Below, in pieces: positions 34,634 to 44,087 of a stretch of DNA of 64,000 nt. Location of the stretch: IMG/VR virus record IMGVR_UViG_3300037475_000199, positions 1 to 64,000 of that record. One strand, 5' to 3'. The notes below the pieces were generated by a model. That model was not told the DNA's origin. It was given only the letters and a program-made list of their open reading frames with translations, and made no database searches. Source of the DNA: a virus. How positions within the stretch are numbered: position 1 is the stretch's first letter; each line of letters begins with the position of its first letter. The translations under genes and the position numbers were made by a program.

Positions 34634-36085
34634 ATGAGAACAGTAATCGCAAGAAAAGAAGACTTAGAACATAGCAACGTTACCGACACTGATAGTTACA
34701 AGTTTAGCCATTTTATTTTATATAAGAAGGCTGGCGTAACTAGAATGTTTAGTTATCTAGAGTCTCGTGGTGGTGAATTTGATGTTTCTACTATTTCAGC
34801 CCTACAAGTAGCATTACATAGATACATTGCAAAAGGATTTAAGAGAAAGGACATTGATCGTGCAGAAAAGCTTGCAGCTAAACATGGCGTCCCTTTCAAT
34901 CGTCCAGGATTTGAAGCCATGTATAACAAATATAATGGTAAGTTTCCAGTTAGAATTAGATCTATTCCTGAAGGTATGATAGTTCCAGTTTCAACTGCAC
35001 TATTAACTATTGAGTGTTGTGACGAAGATTGTTTTTGGATTGTCAATTGGCTAGAGACTTTATTATCTAGAATTTGGTATCCTTCTACTATTGCAATTGC
35101 AAGTCGTTCAGTCAAGAAACTTTGGAAGCACTTCTTAGATATGACTTCCGATAATACTGATCTCGAAATTGGATTTAAGCATCATGATTTCGGATCTAGA
35201 GGAGTAACCTGCTTTGAGCAAGCCGAATTGGGCGGTATGGCTCACTTGTTGAGCTTCTTTGGTTCTGATACTTTAGCGGGTGTTGAGCTTGCCAATTACT
35301 ACTATGATTGTGATATGTCAGGATTCTCGATTTGTGCTACTGAACATTCTACCATGACTATTTTTGGTCGTGCTGGTGAACGTCAAGCACTTATTGATTG
35401 GATTACTGAAACATTGGTTAATGTTCCAAATATTCCTGGTGTACCTAAAGTGTCTGCTTGTGTTGGTGACAGCTACAATATCTATGATTTTACTACACTA
35501 GTAAGTCGTGATGATGAGGTAAGAAACTTAATTGCTAATTCAGGGGGCACTTTAGTAGTAAGACCAGATAGCGGTAAACCATCTGAAGTTCTTCCTAAAA
35601 TATTGGAATTGTTTGAGCAAAACTTGCCATCAGGATCTATTACTGTTAATAGTAAGGGATACAAAGTTCTACCTTCATATTTGAGACTTATTTGGGGTGA
35701 TGGCATTAACCGTCGTTCAATGAAAGATATTCTTCAATTAGTAGTTGATCTTGGTTGGAGTGCATCTAATATTGCGTTAGGTTCTGGTGGCGGTTTATTG
35801 CAAGATGTTAATCGTGATACACAGAAGTTTGCTTTTAAGTGTTCGTTTGCTGAAGCAAAAGGCGTCTCAATTGATGTTCTTAAAGATCCAATCACTGATC
35901 CTGGAAAGAAATCAAAAGCGGGTCGCCTTGACACTATTAAGCTTCCAGATGGTGAAATTAAAACAGTCTCCATTGGAGTAAATGAAGAATGTCATCCTCT
36001 TAGCATTATGAATACTGTTTTTGAAATGGGAGATATTACTTATCACACTACGTTCGCTGAATGTAGAGACAGAATGGCGCTATGA
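34634..36085 (+). CDS. nadV: nicotinamide phosphoribosyltransferase (NAMPT/NadV)
   Basis: DTDSYKFSHF near the N-terminus matches the NAMPT DSYK motif. About 480 aa, the size of NadV. Confidence 0.65.
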   Translation: MRTVIARKEDLEHSNVTDTDSYKFSHFILYKKAGVTRMFSYLESRGGEFDVSTISALQVALHRYIAKGFKRKDIDRAEKLAAKHGVPFNRPGFEAMYNKYNGKFPVRIRSIPEGMIVPVSTALLTIECCDEDCFWIVNWLETLLSRIWYPSTIAIASRSVKKLWKHFLDMTSDNTDLEIGFKHHDFGSRGVTCFEQAELGGMAHLLSFFGSDTLAGVELANYYYDCDMSGFSICATEHSTMTIFGRAGERQALIDWITETLVNVPNIPGVPKVSACVGDSYNIYDFTTLVSRDDEVRNLIANSGGTLVVRPDSGKPSEVLPKILELFEQNLPSGSITVNSKGYKVLPSYLRLIWGDGINRRSMKDILQLVVDLGWSASNIALGSGGGLLQDVNRDTQKFAFKCSFAEAKGVSIDVLKDPITDPGKKSKAGRLDTIKLPDGEIKTVSIGVNEECHPLSIMNTVFEMGDITYHTTFAECRDRMAL

Positions 36086-36360
36086 AAGTATTAAAGGCAC
36101 CCGAATTAGATAGTTGGTCAACAGAAGTTACATGTAAATGTACGGCTCTTCTTGAAATTGTTATTAGTGACATTTCTTCTCAATGTCATGAAGATAATGA
36201 TAGGTTTGCTGGAAGTATATATTATACATTTAATGTAAAGTGTCCAATCTGTAAAGACAGCATACCTATTCTTGAAAATAAAATGACTCCTGCTGTTAAG
36301 GCTCATTTAGAACATACAGCTAAAAGACCATATATAAGCTCTGGTCCCTGGGATAGATGA
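36082..36360 (+). CDS. small Zn-ribbon protein
   Basis: CKC...C and CPICKD Cys pairs. ATGA overlap. Confidence 0.35.
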   Translation: MKVLKAPELDSWSTEVTCKCTALLEIVISDISSQCHEDNDRFAGSIYYTFNVKCPICKDSIPILENKMTPAVKAHLEHTAKRPYISSGPWDR

Positions 36361-36977
36361 TTAATGCTGAAACAATAATTAAGACGTTTGGTTTAAATGC
36401 ATCAAACGTCTTAACCATTTTCCCTTACGGAAGTCAAGTTTACAAAACAGCTAATGAAAAATCAGACCATGATTTTATTGTTGTTTTTAAAGACGGAACA
36501 GTATCAGATGAATTTGCTATTACTAGAGACAATTTATCTATTCATTCCTATAATGATTCATCATTTCAAGATTTGTTAACCAGGCACAAAATAGCTGCAC
36601 TGGAATGTTATTTTTTACCCTCGGAATATTTATTATTAGAGAATAAAAAATACAAATTTTCCCTCCATATAGACATGTTAAGATCTACAATTAGCGAAAA
36701 ATCATCGCATTCTTTTGTGAAAGCTAAGAAAAAATTTGAAGTGGAAAAAGATCGCGATATTTATATTGCTAAAAAATCTTTATTTCATTCATTAAGAATT
36801 ATTGACTTTGGAACTCAAATAGCTGTTCATAAAAGAATTATTGATTATACATCCAGCAATCATTTATGGGAAGATATTTACACTGATCCTAATGAAGGTT
36901 GGGTTTCATATAAAGAAAAGTATCAGCCAATATTTAATTCTATGATGACTGAATTTAGAAAGGTAGCTCCTAAATAA
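36357..36977 (+). CDS. minimal Pol-beta-superfamily nucleotidyltransferase
   Basis: FPYGSQVYKTANEKSDHDFIVV matches the G[SG]-x9-13-DxD NTase signature. Confidence 0.45.
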   Translation: MINAETIIKTFGLNASNVLTIFPYGSQVYKTANEKSDHDFIVVFKDGTVSDEFAITRDNLSIHSYNDSSFQDLLTRHKIAALECYFLPSEYLLLENKKYKFSLHIDMLRSTISEKSSHSFVKAKKKFEVEKDRDIYIAKKSLFHSLRIIDFGTQIAVHKRIIDYTSSNHLWEDIYTDPNEGWVSYKEKYQPIFNSMMTEFRKVAPK

Positions 36978-37420
36978 TGGGCAACATAGCTTTTATTACA
37001 ACTAAAAAGCATATTAGGTCTTATAATATGTTTTCCTTGCTTCAAAAAATTAATGAATCAAAATTTGATGGAAAGCTAAATATTGTGGACGATATAAGTG
37101 CTTGGAGCATAAACTATCAAAATAATTGGGATAGTATAAATTACTATATTCGTAGTCCTAGAAAAATAGGTGCCAAACACCCTCATAATAATTGGATGCC
37201 TTATGTTTTTTCTGTTTTTCAAAATGAATTAGGCTATATGACGGATGGAAAATTAAGTGATGAATGCTGTAATGAATTTTGGTTACCAGAAAAAGATAAA
37301 TGGGAATCATATAAAGAATATAGATATGAGATGAATAGTTGGATGGAAGACGAAAATTCTCGAACATTAAGAACCATAGAAGATTTGCGGGATGTTCCTC
37401 CAGATATGGCAGGATATTAA
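36977..37420 (+). CDS. hypothetical protein
   Basis: ORF only. Confidence 0.4.
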   Translation: MGNIAFITTKKHIRSYNMFSLLQKINESKFDGKLNIVDDISAWSINYQNNWDSINYYIRSPRKIGAKHPHNNWMPYVFSVFQNELGYMTDGKLSDECCNEFWLPEKDKWESYKEYRYEMNSWMEDENSRTLRTIEDLRDVPPDMAGY

Positions 37421-37687
37421 ATGCGTGGTTGGACTGGCTTAGTTGGAAAAATAGACGGAGCTCATTTTTATTATGTAAATGGACTTTTGCATAGAGAAGA
37501 TGGTCCAGCCATAATAGAAGATAATGGAGATAAGTTTTGGATGCAAAATCATATGCTTCACAGATTAGATGGTCCTGCATCAGAATTTGCTGATGGTGGT
37601 AAAGAATGGTTTATTTGGGATGAAAAGATTCCGTGCTCATCTCAAGAAGAATTTGAAAGAGTTCTTAAGTTAAGAACATTTTGGTAA
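37421..37687 (+). CDS. MORN-repeat protein with KLRTFW tail
   Basis: YVNGLLHREDGPA and MQNHMLHRLDGPA repeats. C-terminus CSSQEEFERVLKLRTFW. Confidence 0.55.
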   Translation: MRGWTGLVGKIDGAHFYYVNGLLHREDGPAIIEDNGDKFWMQNHMLHRLDGPASEFADGGKEWFIWDEKIPCSSQEEFERVLKLRTFW

Positions 37688-37690
37688 CAA

Positions 37691-37960
37691 ATGAAAAACT
37701 CTTATAAAATGAAAGATGGAATTAATATTAGAGATGATGGCGCTATTTGTTATGTTAAAAATAGAAAATATCACAGAGAAGATGGACCGGCTATAATTTT
37801 AGAAGGACAATATAGATGTTGGCTTCAAAATGATGTATATTACCGTCTTGATGGACCAGCCGTGGAAGATGATAATGGTTATAAAGAATGGCATGTTGAT
37901 GATAAAGTATTCTTTACAGAAGAAGAGTATAGAATGTGGAAAATTAAAACTTTTAGTTAA
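37691..37960 (+). CDS. MORN-repeat protein with KIKTFS tail
   Basis: NRKYHREDGPA and VYYRLDGPA repeats. Confidence 0.5.
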   Translation: MKNSYKMKDGINIRDDGAICYVKNRKYHREDGPAIILEGQYRCWLQNDVYYRLDGPAVEDDNGYKEWHVDDKVFFTEEEYRMWKIKTFS

Positions 37961-37970
37961 GGATTAAAAT

Positions 37971-38885
37971 ATGTGTAATGTACTCGTAGGCACAGCTGTT
38001 GGTGATGCTTTAGGTGTTCCATTTGAAACTTTTTTGATAAATAATCCTCTTCTTTTAGATTGGGATGGAACAACTTATCTTGGAAGTAAATATCATGGTT
38101 TAGAACCAGGTCAATACTCAGATGACACTCAACTATCTATTTTGGTTGCTAAATCATTAATATTAAATTCTGGATTTAATCCAGACGATTTAGCTGCAAG
38201 ATATCAAGATTGGTTTTTTTCTGGCGTTGCACGAGGTTATGGTAAAACAACAAAGTTAGCTATGGAAGCTCTTAAAAGTGGTAAACATTGGAATGAATCT
38301 GGGATTGCCGGCTCTTTAGGTAATGGAACGGCTATGCGTGCAGCTCCATTTGGAGTTTACTTTAGAAATGATTTTAAACAATTAATTGCTGCAGTAAAAA
38401 TAGATTCAGCAATTACGCATGTTTCAGAAGATGCTGAAGCTGGAGCTATTGCTATTGCATTAACAGCAGCTTATGCCGTTAATCGTAACACTGAAAATCT
38501 TTTAGACAAAATTTGTGAAAATTTACCAGACTGTAAAGTTAAAAAAACAATTTCTAGTTTGGATGCATTAATTAACGCAGATAATATTACTCCTCCACAA
38601 GCTTTAAGAGTATTGGGGACAAAGGCTAATGTACAAGAAACTGTGCCCGCAGCATTATATTGTTTTCTGAAATTTGATAATTATCACGATGCTGTGCTTG
38701 CTGCAATTAAAGCTGGTGGTGATACCGACACTACTGCCGCAATAGTTGGAGCTTTATTTGGAGCCAGAGATGGAATCAAAAAGATAGATAGAAAATTTTA
38801 TTCGGTAGAAGATTTTGATAAATTAATAGAGTTAGATAGCCAGCTTTATAACAGATCTAATTCATTATTTTTTCCTAGAAACTAA
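37971..38885 (+). CDS. ADP-ribosylglycohydrolase (ARH/DraG family)
   Basis: N-terminal VLVGTAVGDALGVPFE matches the ARH GdAlG...E motif. C-terminal AGGDTDTTAAIVGALFGA is the metal-binding D-T-D region. Confidence 0.6.
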   Translation: MCNVLVGTAVGDALGVPFETFLINNPLLLDWDGTTYLGSKYHGLEPGQYSDDTQLSILVAKSLILNSGFNPDDLAARYQDWFFSGVARGYGKTTKLAMEALKSGKHWNESGIAGSLGNGTAMRAAPFGVYFRNDFKQLIAAVKIDSAITHVSEDAEAGAIAIALTAAYAVNRNTENLLDKICENLPDCKVKKTISSLDALINADNITPPQALRVLGTKANVQETVPAALYCFLKFDNYHDAVLAAIKAGGDTDTTAAIVGALFGARDGIKKIDRKFYSVEDFDKLIELDSQLYNRSNSLFFPRN

Positions 38886-38914
38886 TTATGAAAGAAATTC
38901 GGATAAGTAAATAA

Positions 38915-40414
38915 ATGTATAAGAAATATCCGCCTAAAAAACCAGATAATTCATATCTTGTTAAAGTAAATGTTAAACATAATTGGTCAGACTATCAAAA
39001 AGCTATTTTTAAAAGTATAGCCAAAGATACAGGACATTTAATAGTAGAAGCTTATGCTGGTAGTTCAAAAACCACTTCAGCCATTGAAAGCTTTAAATAT
39101 GTGCCAAAAGGTAAAAAAACTTTAGCATTAGCATTTAATAAAATAATTCAAGAAGAACTAAGATCTCGTAGTCCCTCTTATATTGAAACTTTTACTTTTC
39201 ATAGTTTAGGATATAGGGCTATTAAACAACGTTTTGGTAATGTTGAGTTAAATGATCATAAAGTATTTGATATTGTTTCTGAAACTTTAGATAAAAAAAC
39301 AAATTACGATCTTATAAATAATATTTGTGATACTGTTGCTTATTGCAAATATACACTTTCAGATACGCCTAAGCAAATTGAAGATTTAATTCTTAATTTT
39401 GGAATTGATACTTGTGAAATGGATGACGATAAATTTATTAAATTAGTTATTAATACTTTAGGCAAAAGTAAATCTATAACTAATAAAATAGATTTTAATG
39501 ATATGTGTTGGTTGCCGTTTGTATATAATTTACCTTTAGGTCAGTATGACTATGTTTATGTAGATGAAGCACAAGATTTAAATAAATCTCAGTTAGTAAT
39601 GGCTAAAAAAGCCAGTAAAACTAATTCTGGTAGAATAATTGTTATTATGGATCCTAATCAAGCGCTTTATTCTTGGCGCGGCGCCGATAGTACAGTAGTT
39701 GATTCTATTAAAAAAGATGAGACAACTAAATCATTACAATTACCAATATCTTATCGTTGTCCTCGATCAGTTATTGATTTGGCTAAAAAATGGGTGCCAG
39801 ATATTACTTGCCCAGAAACAGCAATAGATGGTGAAGTGTCTGATATTACCACAGACAAAATGTATGACATTGTAAAGCCTGGTTCCTTTATTTTATCAAG
39901 AACTAATGCCCCAATGATTAAAATATGTATGCTTTTAATTAAGAGAGGCATTAAAGCTAACATTCGTGGCAGAGATGTTGGAAAACAACTCAACTACTTA
40001 ATAAAGAAATCTAAAAAGAAACAAATGGCTGCTTTCTTAAAATGGTTAGAATGCTGGAAAGATGAAGAAGTTGAAAAGTTGATATCTAAAAAAATAAATA
40101 CAGATAATGTATTAGATAGATATGAATGTTTAGTGTCTTTGTGTGAAGAACACAAGACATTAGAAGAAGTTTCTGAAAAGATAGATCATTTATTTGATGA
40201 TACTGATGAAAAAAATATAGTTATTCTATCTTCTGTTCATAGAGCAAAAGGATTAGAAAGAGATAATGTCTTCATTTTAAGATGGACTTTTAGGCAATGG
40301 TTAGATGATAAGTTAGAGTTTATTGAAAAACCAAATGAAGAGGCAAATATTGCTTATGTTGCTGCTACTAGAGCAAAGAAATCACTATATATTGTTAGAA
40401 AAAGTGTAGTTTGA
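38915..40414 (+). CDS. SF1 UvrD/PcrA-like DNA helicase
   Basis: Walker A AYAGSSKTT. DEAQD box in YVYVDEAQDL. Motif VI-like VHRAKGLERDNVFIL. Confidence 0.55.
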   Translation: MYKKYPPKKPDNSYLVKVNVKHNWSDYQKAIFKSIAKDTGHLIVEAYAGSSKTTSAIESFKYVPKGKKTLALAFNKIIQEELRSRSPSYIETFTFHSLGYRAIKQRFGNVELNDHKVFDIVSETLDKKTNYDLINNICDTVAYCKYTLSDTPKQIEDLILNFGIDTCEMDDDKFIKLVINTLGKSKSITNKIDFNDMCWLPFVYNLPLGQYDYVYVDEAQDLNKSQLVMAKKASKTNSGRIIVIMDPNQALYSWRGADSTVVDSIKKDETTKSLQLPISYRCPRSVIDLAKKWVPDITCPETAIDGEVSDITTDKMYDIVKPGSFILSRTNAPMIKICMLLIKRGIKANIRGRDVGKQLNYLIKKSKKKQMAAFLKWLECWKDEEVEKLISKKINTDNVLDRYECLVSLCEEHKTLEEVSEKIDHLFDDTDEKNIVILSSVHRAKGLERDNVFILRWTFRQWLDDKLEFIEKPNEEANIAYVAATRAKKSLYIVRKSVV

Positions 40415-40444
40415 ATTTTATAAAAATGTGTGGTCTTGACTGCA

Positions 40445-40473
40445 CATTTTTAAATGATTAGGATAGTGAAATG
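40445..40473 (+). promoter_or_regulatory. sigma70-like promoter (TTGACT-17-TAGGAT) within an ATGTG...CACAT inverted repeat
   Basis: Hexamers at the correct spacing. AAATGTGTGGTCTTGACTGCACATTT forms an inverted repeat over the -35. Confidence 0.35.
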
Positions 40474-40929
40474 GAAAACCACGAAACACCAGAAGCTATT
40501 AAAGCAAGGGCTGAACAAGCGGACCCTCTTGTTATGTATTTAATAGTAAGAGAAGAGTTAGAAATGAGTATTGGTAAAGCTTGTGCTCAATGCGCTCATG
40601 CTAGCCAAATGATCACTTTAAAATATTTGCCATTATATATTAAATATTTTGAAAAAGATATTGAGAATTCTGGTTGGATTGATAAAAGTTCATATGAAAG
40701 TTACTTAAGTTTTGTTGAATGGCTTGCCGGTTCTTTTCGTAAAGTGGTTCTTAAATCAGATGAAAAAGAATGGGTTAAAATCAAAAACGAGTTACCCAAC
40801 AACTCAATAATCGTTGTTGATGCGGGTTTAACCGAGCTTCAACCAAATACAGAAACAGTAATTGGTCTTTGGCCAATGAAAAGAAGTGAACGACCCAAAA
40901 TAATCAAAAAATTGCAAGTTTTAACATGA
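40471..40929 (+). CDS. peptidyl-tRNA hydrolase, PTH2 family
   Basis: PLVMYLIVREELEMSIGKACAQCAHAS aligns with the PTH2 core ([25 protein letters not shown]). Confidence 0.6.
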   Translation: MENHETPEAIKARAEQADPLVMYLIVREELEMSIGKACAQCAHASQMITLKYLPLYIKYFEKDIENSGWIDKSSYESYLSFVEWLAGSFRKVVLKSDEKEWVKIKNELPNNSIIVVDAGLTELQPNTETVIGLWPMKRSERPKIIKKLQVLT

Positions 40930-41255
40930 AAAAAATAACTAAAAAAGTAAAAATAGAAGAAGAAACAAAAGAGTATGATTTATTGTATCCTGTTTTAAGT
41001 GGTGTAAAAATAAATCATATTTATAAATATATTATTGATTATTTTGAAGATGAAGTACTATATTTGAAAGAAAGAATTAAAGAACAAAAAGACTACATAA
41101 AATTTGAAACAGATTCATATAGGCTTCAGAAAAAAGAAGTAAAAGCAGAAGTTTTATCCATGTCTAAAAATAAAAAAGCTCTTGAAAAAGAATTAACGAA
41201 ATTAAAAATTTCGTTAAAAAACGCCGACCAATTAAAAGATAATTTATGGAAATAA
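40926..41255 (+). CDS. coiled-coil hypothetical protein
   Basis: K/E-rich heptad-like sequence. Confidence 0.4.
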   Translation: MKKITKKVKIEEETKEYDLLYPVLSGVKINHIYKYIIDYFEDEVLYLKERIKEQKDYIKFETDSYRLQKKEVKAEVLSMSKNKKALEKELTKLKISLKNADQLKDNLWK

Positions 41256-41503
41256 AAGTTATAGGATATCACCTAACTGAAATTAAAAAGGGTATTCTCG
41301 GCAAATCTTCTAAAATTCAAGAAGAGTTAGATGAATTGGTGGATGCCGAATTACAAAACAATAAAATATTAGCTTTAGTAGAGCTATCAGATTTATATGG
41401 AGCTTTGGAGGCTGTCGCTTCTTCTTACAATTGTTCTATGGATGATTTAAAGAAGATGTCTGATGCCACCAAAAGAGCGTTTACTAGCGGACATAGGAAA
41501 TGA
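41246..41503 (+). CDS. MazG-like nucleotide pyrophosphohydrolase (small all-alpha NTP-PPase)
   Basis: IQEELDELVDAELQNNKILALVELSDLYGALEAVA matches the EExxE...E..D pattern of MazG/HisE-type domains. Confidence 0.45.
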   Translation: MEIKVIGYHLTEIKKGILGKSSKIQEELDELVDAELQNNKILALVELSDLYGALEAVASSYNCSMDDLKKMSDATKRAFTSGHRK

Positions 41504-42039
41504 TTGATTATCACTTGATATCTAATTGTATTAAAAAATACGAAGATTTAGGTTACAAGTATATAGATGTTCCTTGGTTTACTACTGAAAAAATAGTTAA
41601 TATTACTTTGCCACCAGGCAAAAAACCTTTTCATATAAATAATGATTATTTAGTAGGTTCAGCAGAACAGTCTTTTTTACATTTAATTTTAGCTGGCGAA
41701 TTAAAAGATGGTAAATATGTTGCCGCTTCACCATGCTTTAGAGACGATGAAATAGATCAATATCATCAAAAATATTTTTTTAAAGTTGAACTGATTAATT
41801 ATTCCAATAGTTATAAGTTTGATTATTTTGATTTAATGAATGTTATTTCTGATGCACAAAGGACGTTATCTTCTTTATGTACCAAAACAATAAAATCTTC
41901 AAAAACAAATGAAGGCGTTGATTTATCAATAAATGATATTGAAATTGGATCATATGGTATACGACAATTTAGTAACTTTAATTGGATTTATGGAACTGGC
42001 TTGGCAGAGCCAAGATTTTCGAGTTTAAATTATGGATGA
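41500..42039 (+). CDS. mini class-II aminoacyl-tRNA-synthetase-like catalytic core
   Basis: Motif-2-like CFRDDEIDQYHQKYFFKVE (fRxE...H..F...E) and motif-3-like GTGLAEPRF (GxGxGxxR). Only 179 aa. Confidence 0.35.
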   Translation: MIDYHLISNCIKKYEDLGYKYIDVPWFTTEKIVNITLPPGKKPFHINNDYLVGSAEQSFLHLILAGELKDGKYVAASPCFRDDEIDQYHQKYFFKVELINYSNSYKFDYFDLMNVISDAQRTLSSLCTKTIKSSKTNEGVDLSINDIEIGSYGIRQFSNFNWIYGTGLAEPRFSSLNYG

Positions 42040-42667
42040 ATTTTTAATTATATCAGATGATGAAACTGAACGAAAAAGATATGCAAAAAAACTATTAAAG
42101 CAAGATTTTCTTACCAAAGAAAGTGAAAAGGCAAAAATTGCTATTACTAAGTTTTTAGAAGAAAATCCTGACATTAATATTGATTATGCCATTATTCATA
42201 TGAAAGATTCAATTTTAAGTACAATTAAATGCGCAGAAAAATTAGGAATTAGTCCAAAAGCTTTTCTTAGATTAAGAAAAAAGTATAATATTGTACCTGT
42301 CTCTGAAATTAAGAATAGTTATAAATCAAAAAGTTTTGCTCCGCATTTTTCAAAGAAAGCTACTAAGAATTTCTATAGCATTTATCAGCTAAAAAGAATT
42401 CCCAAATCAGAAATTGATTTATCTCAAAAAAGGTCGGGCAGTAATTTAAAGCTTGGAATTAAAATAAAATGGAAACCAAGAGGCTATCATTCAAATGGAA
42501 AATTAAAAGCTAGAACTGACTATTTGAGTAAATATGGATTTTTCGTTCTTTATAATCATAAAGATGATAATTATACTGTTAATAAAGATGACAAAAATAC
42601 AATTTTGTCAAAAAAAGAAGTAGATGTTTTGAATCAAAAATACTTACGATTAAAGAGCTTTGTATGA
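42032..42667 (+). CDS. hypothetical protein with RLKSFV tail
   Basis: Ends ...KYLRLKSFV. Confidence 0.4.
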   Translation: MDEFLIISDDETERKRYAKKLLKQDFLTKESEKAKIAITKFLEENPDINIDYAIIHMKDSILSTIKCAEKLGISPKAFLRLRKKYNIVPVSEIKNSYKSKSFAPHFSKKATKNFYSIYQLKRIPKSEIDLSQKRSGSNLKLGIKIKWKPRGYHSNGKLKARTDYLSKYGFFVLYNHKDDNYTVNKDDKNTILSKKEVDVLNQKYLRLKSFV

Positions 42668-43350
42668 AAATTAAATATAAAATCAAAGAAGTAAAGCCTA
42701 AAATATTTTTAGCAGAGTTTGAAGATTCTTATGACATGTGTATGACATTTTGTCGATATCAAGAATATTACGAATCACCTAATCCAAAATTTAGAAATAA
42801 AGATTTTGATATATTTACTTTCATGAAATGGTATTCTGGATTTCATGGCAAAGGAAATTTTACTTATCCTACAGATTGGGTTGGATTTAATATACCTTCA
42901 AAAATTTTAAATAAATGTATTAGTTCAATTGGCAGTGATTGGAATTGTTATGATGAAACAATGAATGATATTGTTTCCAAAATAGAAAATAAAATTTATA
43001 ATAATCCAAATCATAGCTTGGCTGTACATCAAGCTTTTAAAGAAGAAAAGTATTATCTAATTGGAGCCATGAAAGGCAGTGAAAGAACTGTTAGACATGA
43101 AGTAGCTCATGGTATGTATTATTTAAATAGTTCCTATAGAAAAGAGATGGATTATTTAGTTAATAAATTAAGCTCAAAATTCAAAAAAGATTTATTCGTA
43201 GCATTAAAGTCTGTAGGATATACAGATCAAGTTTTGATTGATGAAGCACAAGCCTTTTTATCTACTGGTTGGAGAGATTACTTTCCTAAATTAAAAAATC
43301 AAGATAAACCATTTATTTCAGTTTTTGAAAGATATTACAACGAGCCCTAA
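42664..43350 (+). CDS. hypothetical protein
   Basis: ATGA overlap. Confidence 0.4.
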   Translation: MKIKYKIKEVKPKIFLAEFEDSYDMCMTFCRYQEYYESPNPKFRNKDFDIFTFMKWYSGFHGKGNFTYPTDWVGFNIPSKILNKCISSIGSDWNCYDETMNDIVSKIENKIYNNPNHSLAVHQAFKEEKYYLIGAMKGSERTVRHEVAHGMYYLNSSYRKEMDYLVNKLSSKFKKDLFVALKSVGYTDQVLIDEAQAFLSTGWRDYFPKLKNQDKPFISVFERYYNEP

Positions 43351-43352
43351 TT

Positions 43353-44087
43353 ATGAAAAAAGAACTCTACAAGTCGATGATATCTTCTGAGGATAAAATT
43401 GCTATTTATCGTTCAGAAAAAGCAGCACATTTTATTCCTGAAAATGCTCTTGATGACATAGAAGTAATAAATTCTCCCTCCGGAAAATATTCTGTTACTG
43501 TTACCAAATACAAAACAAACAAAGAAAATAAAGTTTATACTCTGGGTTCTGTTTATTTAAATAGTAATAAACAATTGATCTCAGAGATTCAGAGAGATTA
43601 TGCTACTTTTCCACTTACGTTTGTAGAAAATCATCCAAATGGTCATGATTATTTAGTGTGTTCAGAAGATACTCAAGGTCAAACAGTAGTAGAATTAGAT
43701 ACTGGTGAAAAAGTTAGTTGGGTTCCAATTCTTGCGGGGTTTTGTTGGGTAGATATGACTCCATCACCTTCTCGCACTCTAATTGCAGTAGATGGATGTT
43801 ATTGGGCTTGCCCCTATGAGATCAAAATATATGATTTTTCAAATCCAATGAAACCACCTTTTGAGTGCTTAACTGAAGATTATAGTATTGAAAAATTCAA
43901 TGGGTGGAATGTAGATGACACTTGTTCTATTTATGTAGAATATGAAACAAGAAAATCAGATGGAAAACCAATAAAGGATTTGTCTGAAGAAGAGGAAGCT
44001 GCCCTTTATGAATTATTAGATCCTGGTCATAATCATAATGATTTATTTGGTTATAAAAACAAAGAATTTGTCTGGTCTAAATCATGA
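43353..44087 (+). CDS. hypothetical protein
   Basis: ORF only. Confidence 0.4.
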   Translation: MKKELYKSMISSEDKIAIYRSEKAAHFIPENALDDIEVINSPSGKYSVTVTKYKTNKENKVYTLGSVYLNSNKQLISEIQRDYATFPLTFVENHPNGHDYLVCSEDTQGQTVVELDTGEKVSWVPILAGFCWVDMTPSPSRTLIAVDGCYWACPYEIKIYDFSNPMKPPFECLTEDYSIEKFNGWNVDDTCSIYVEYETRKSDGKPIKDLSEEEEAALYELLDPGHNHNDLFGYKNKEFVWSKS

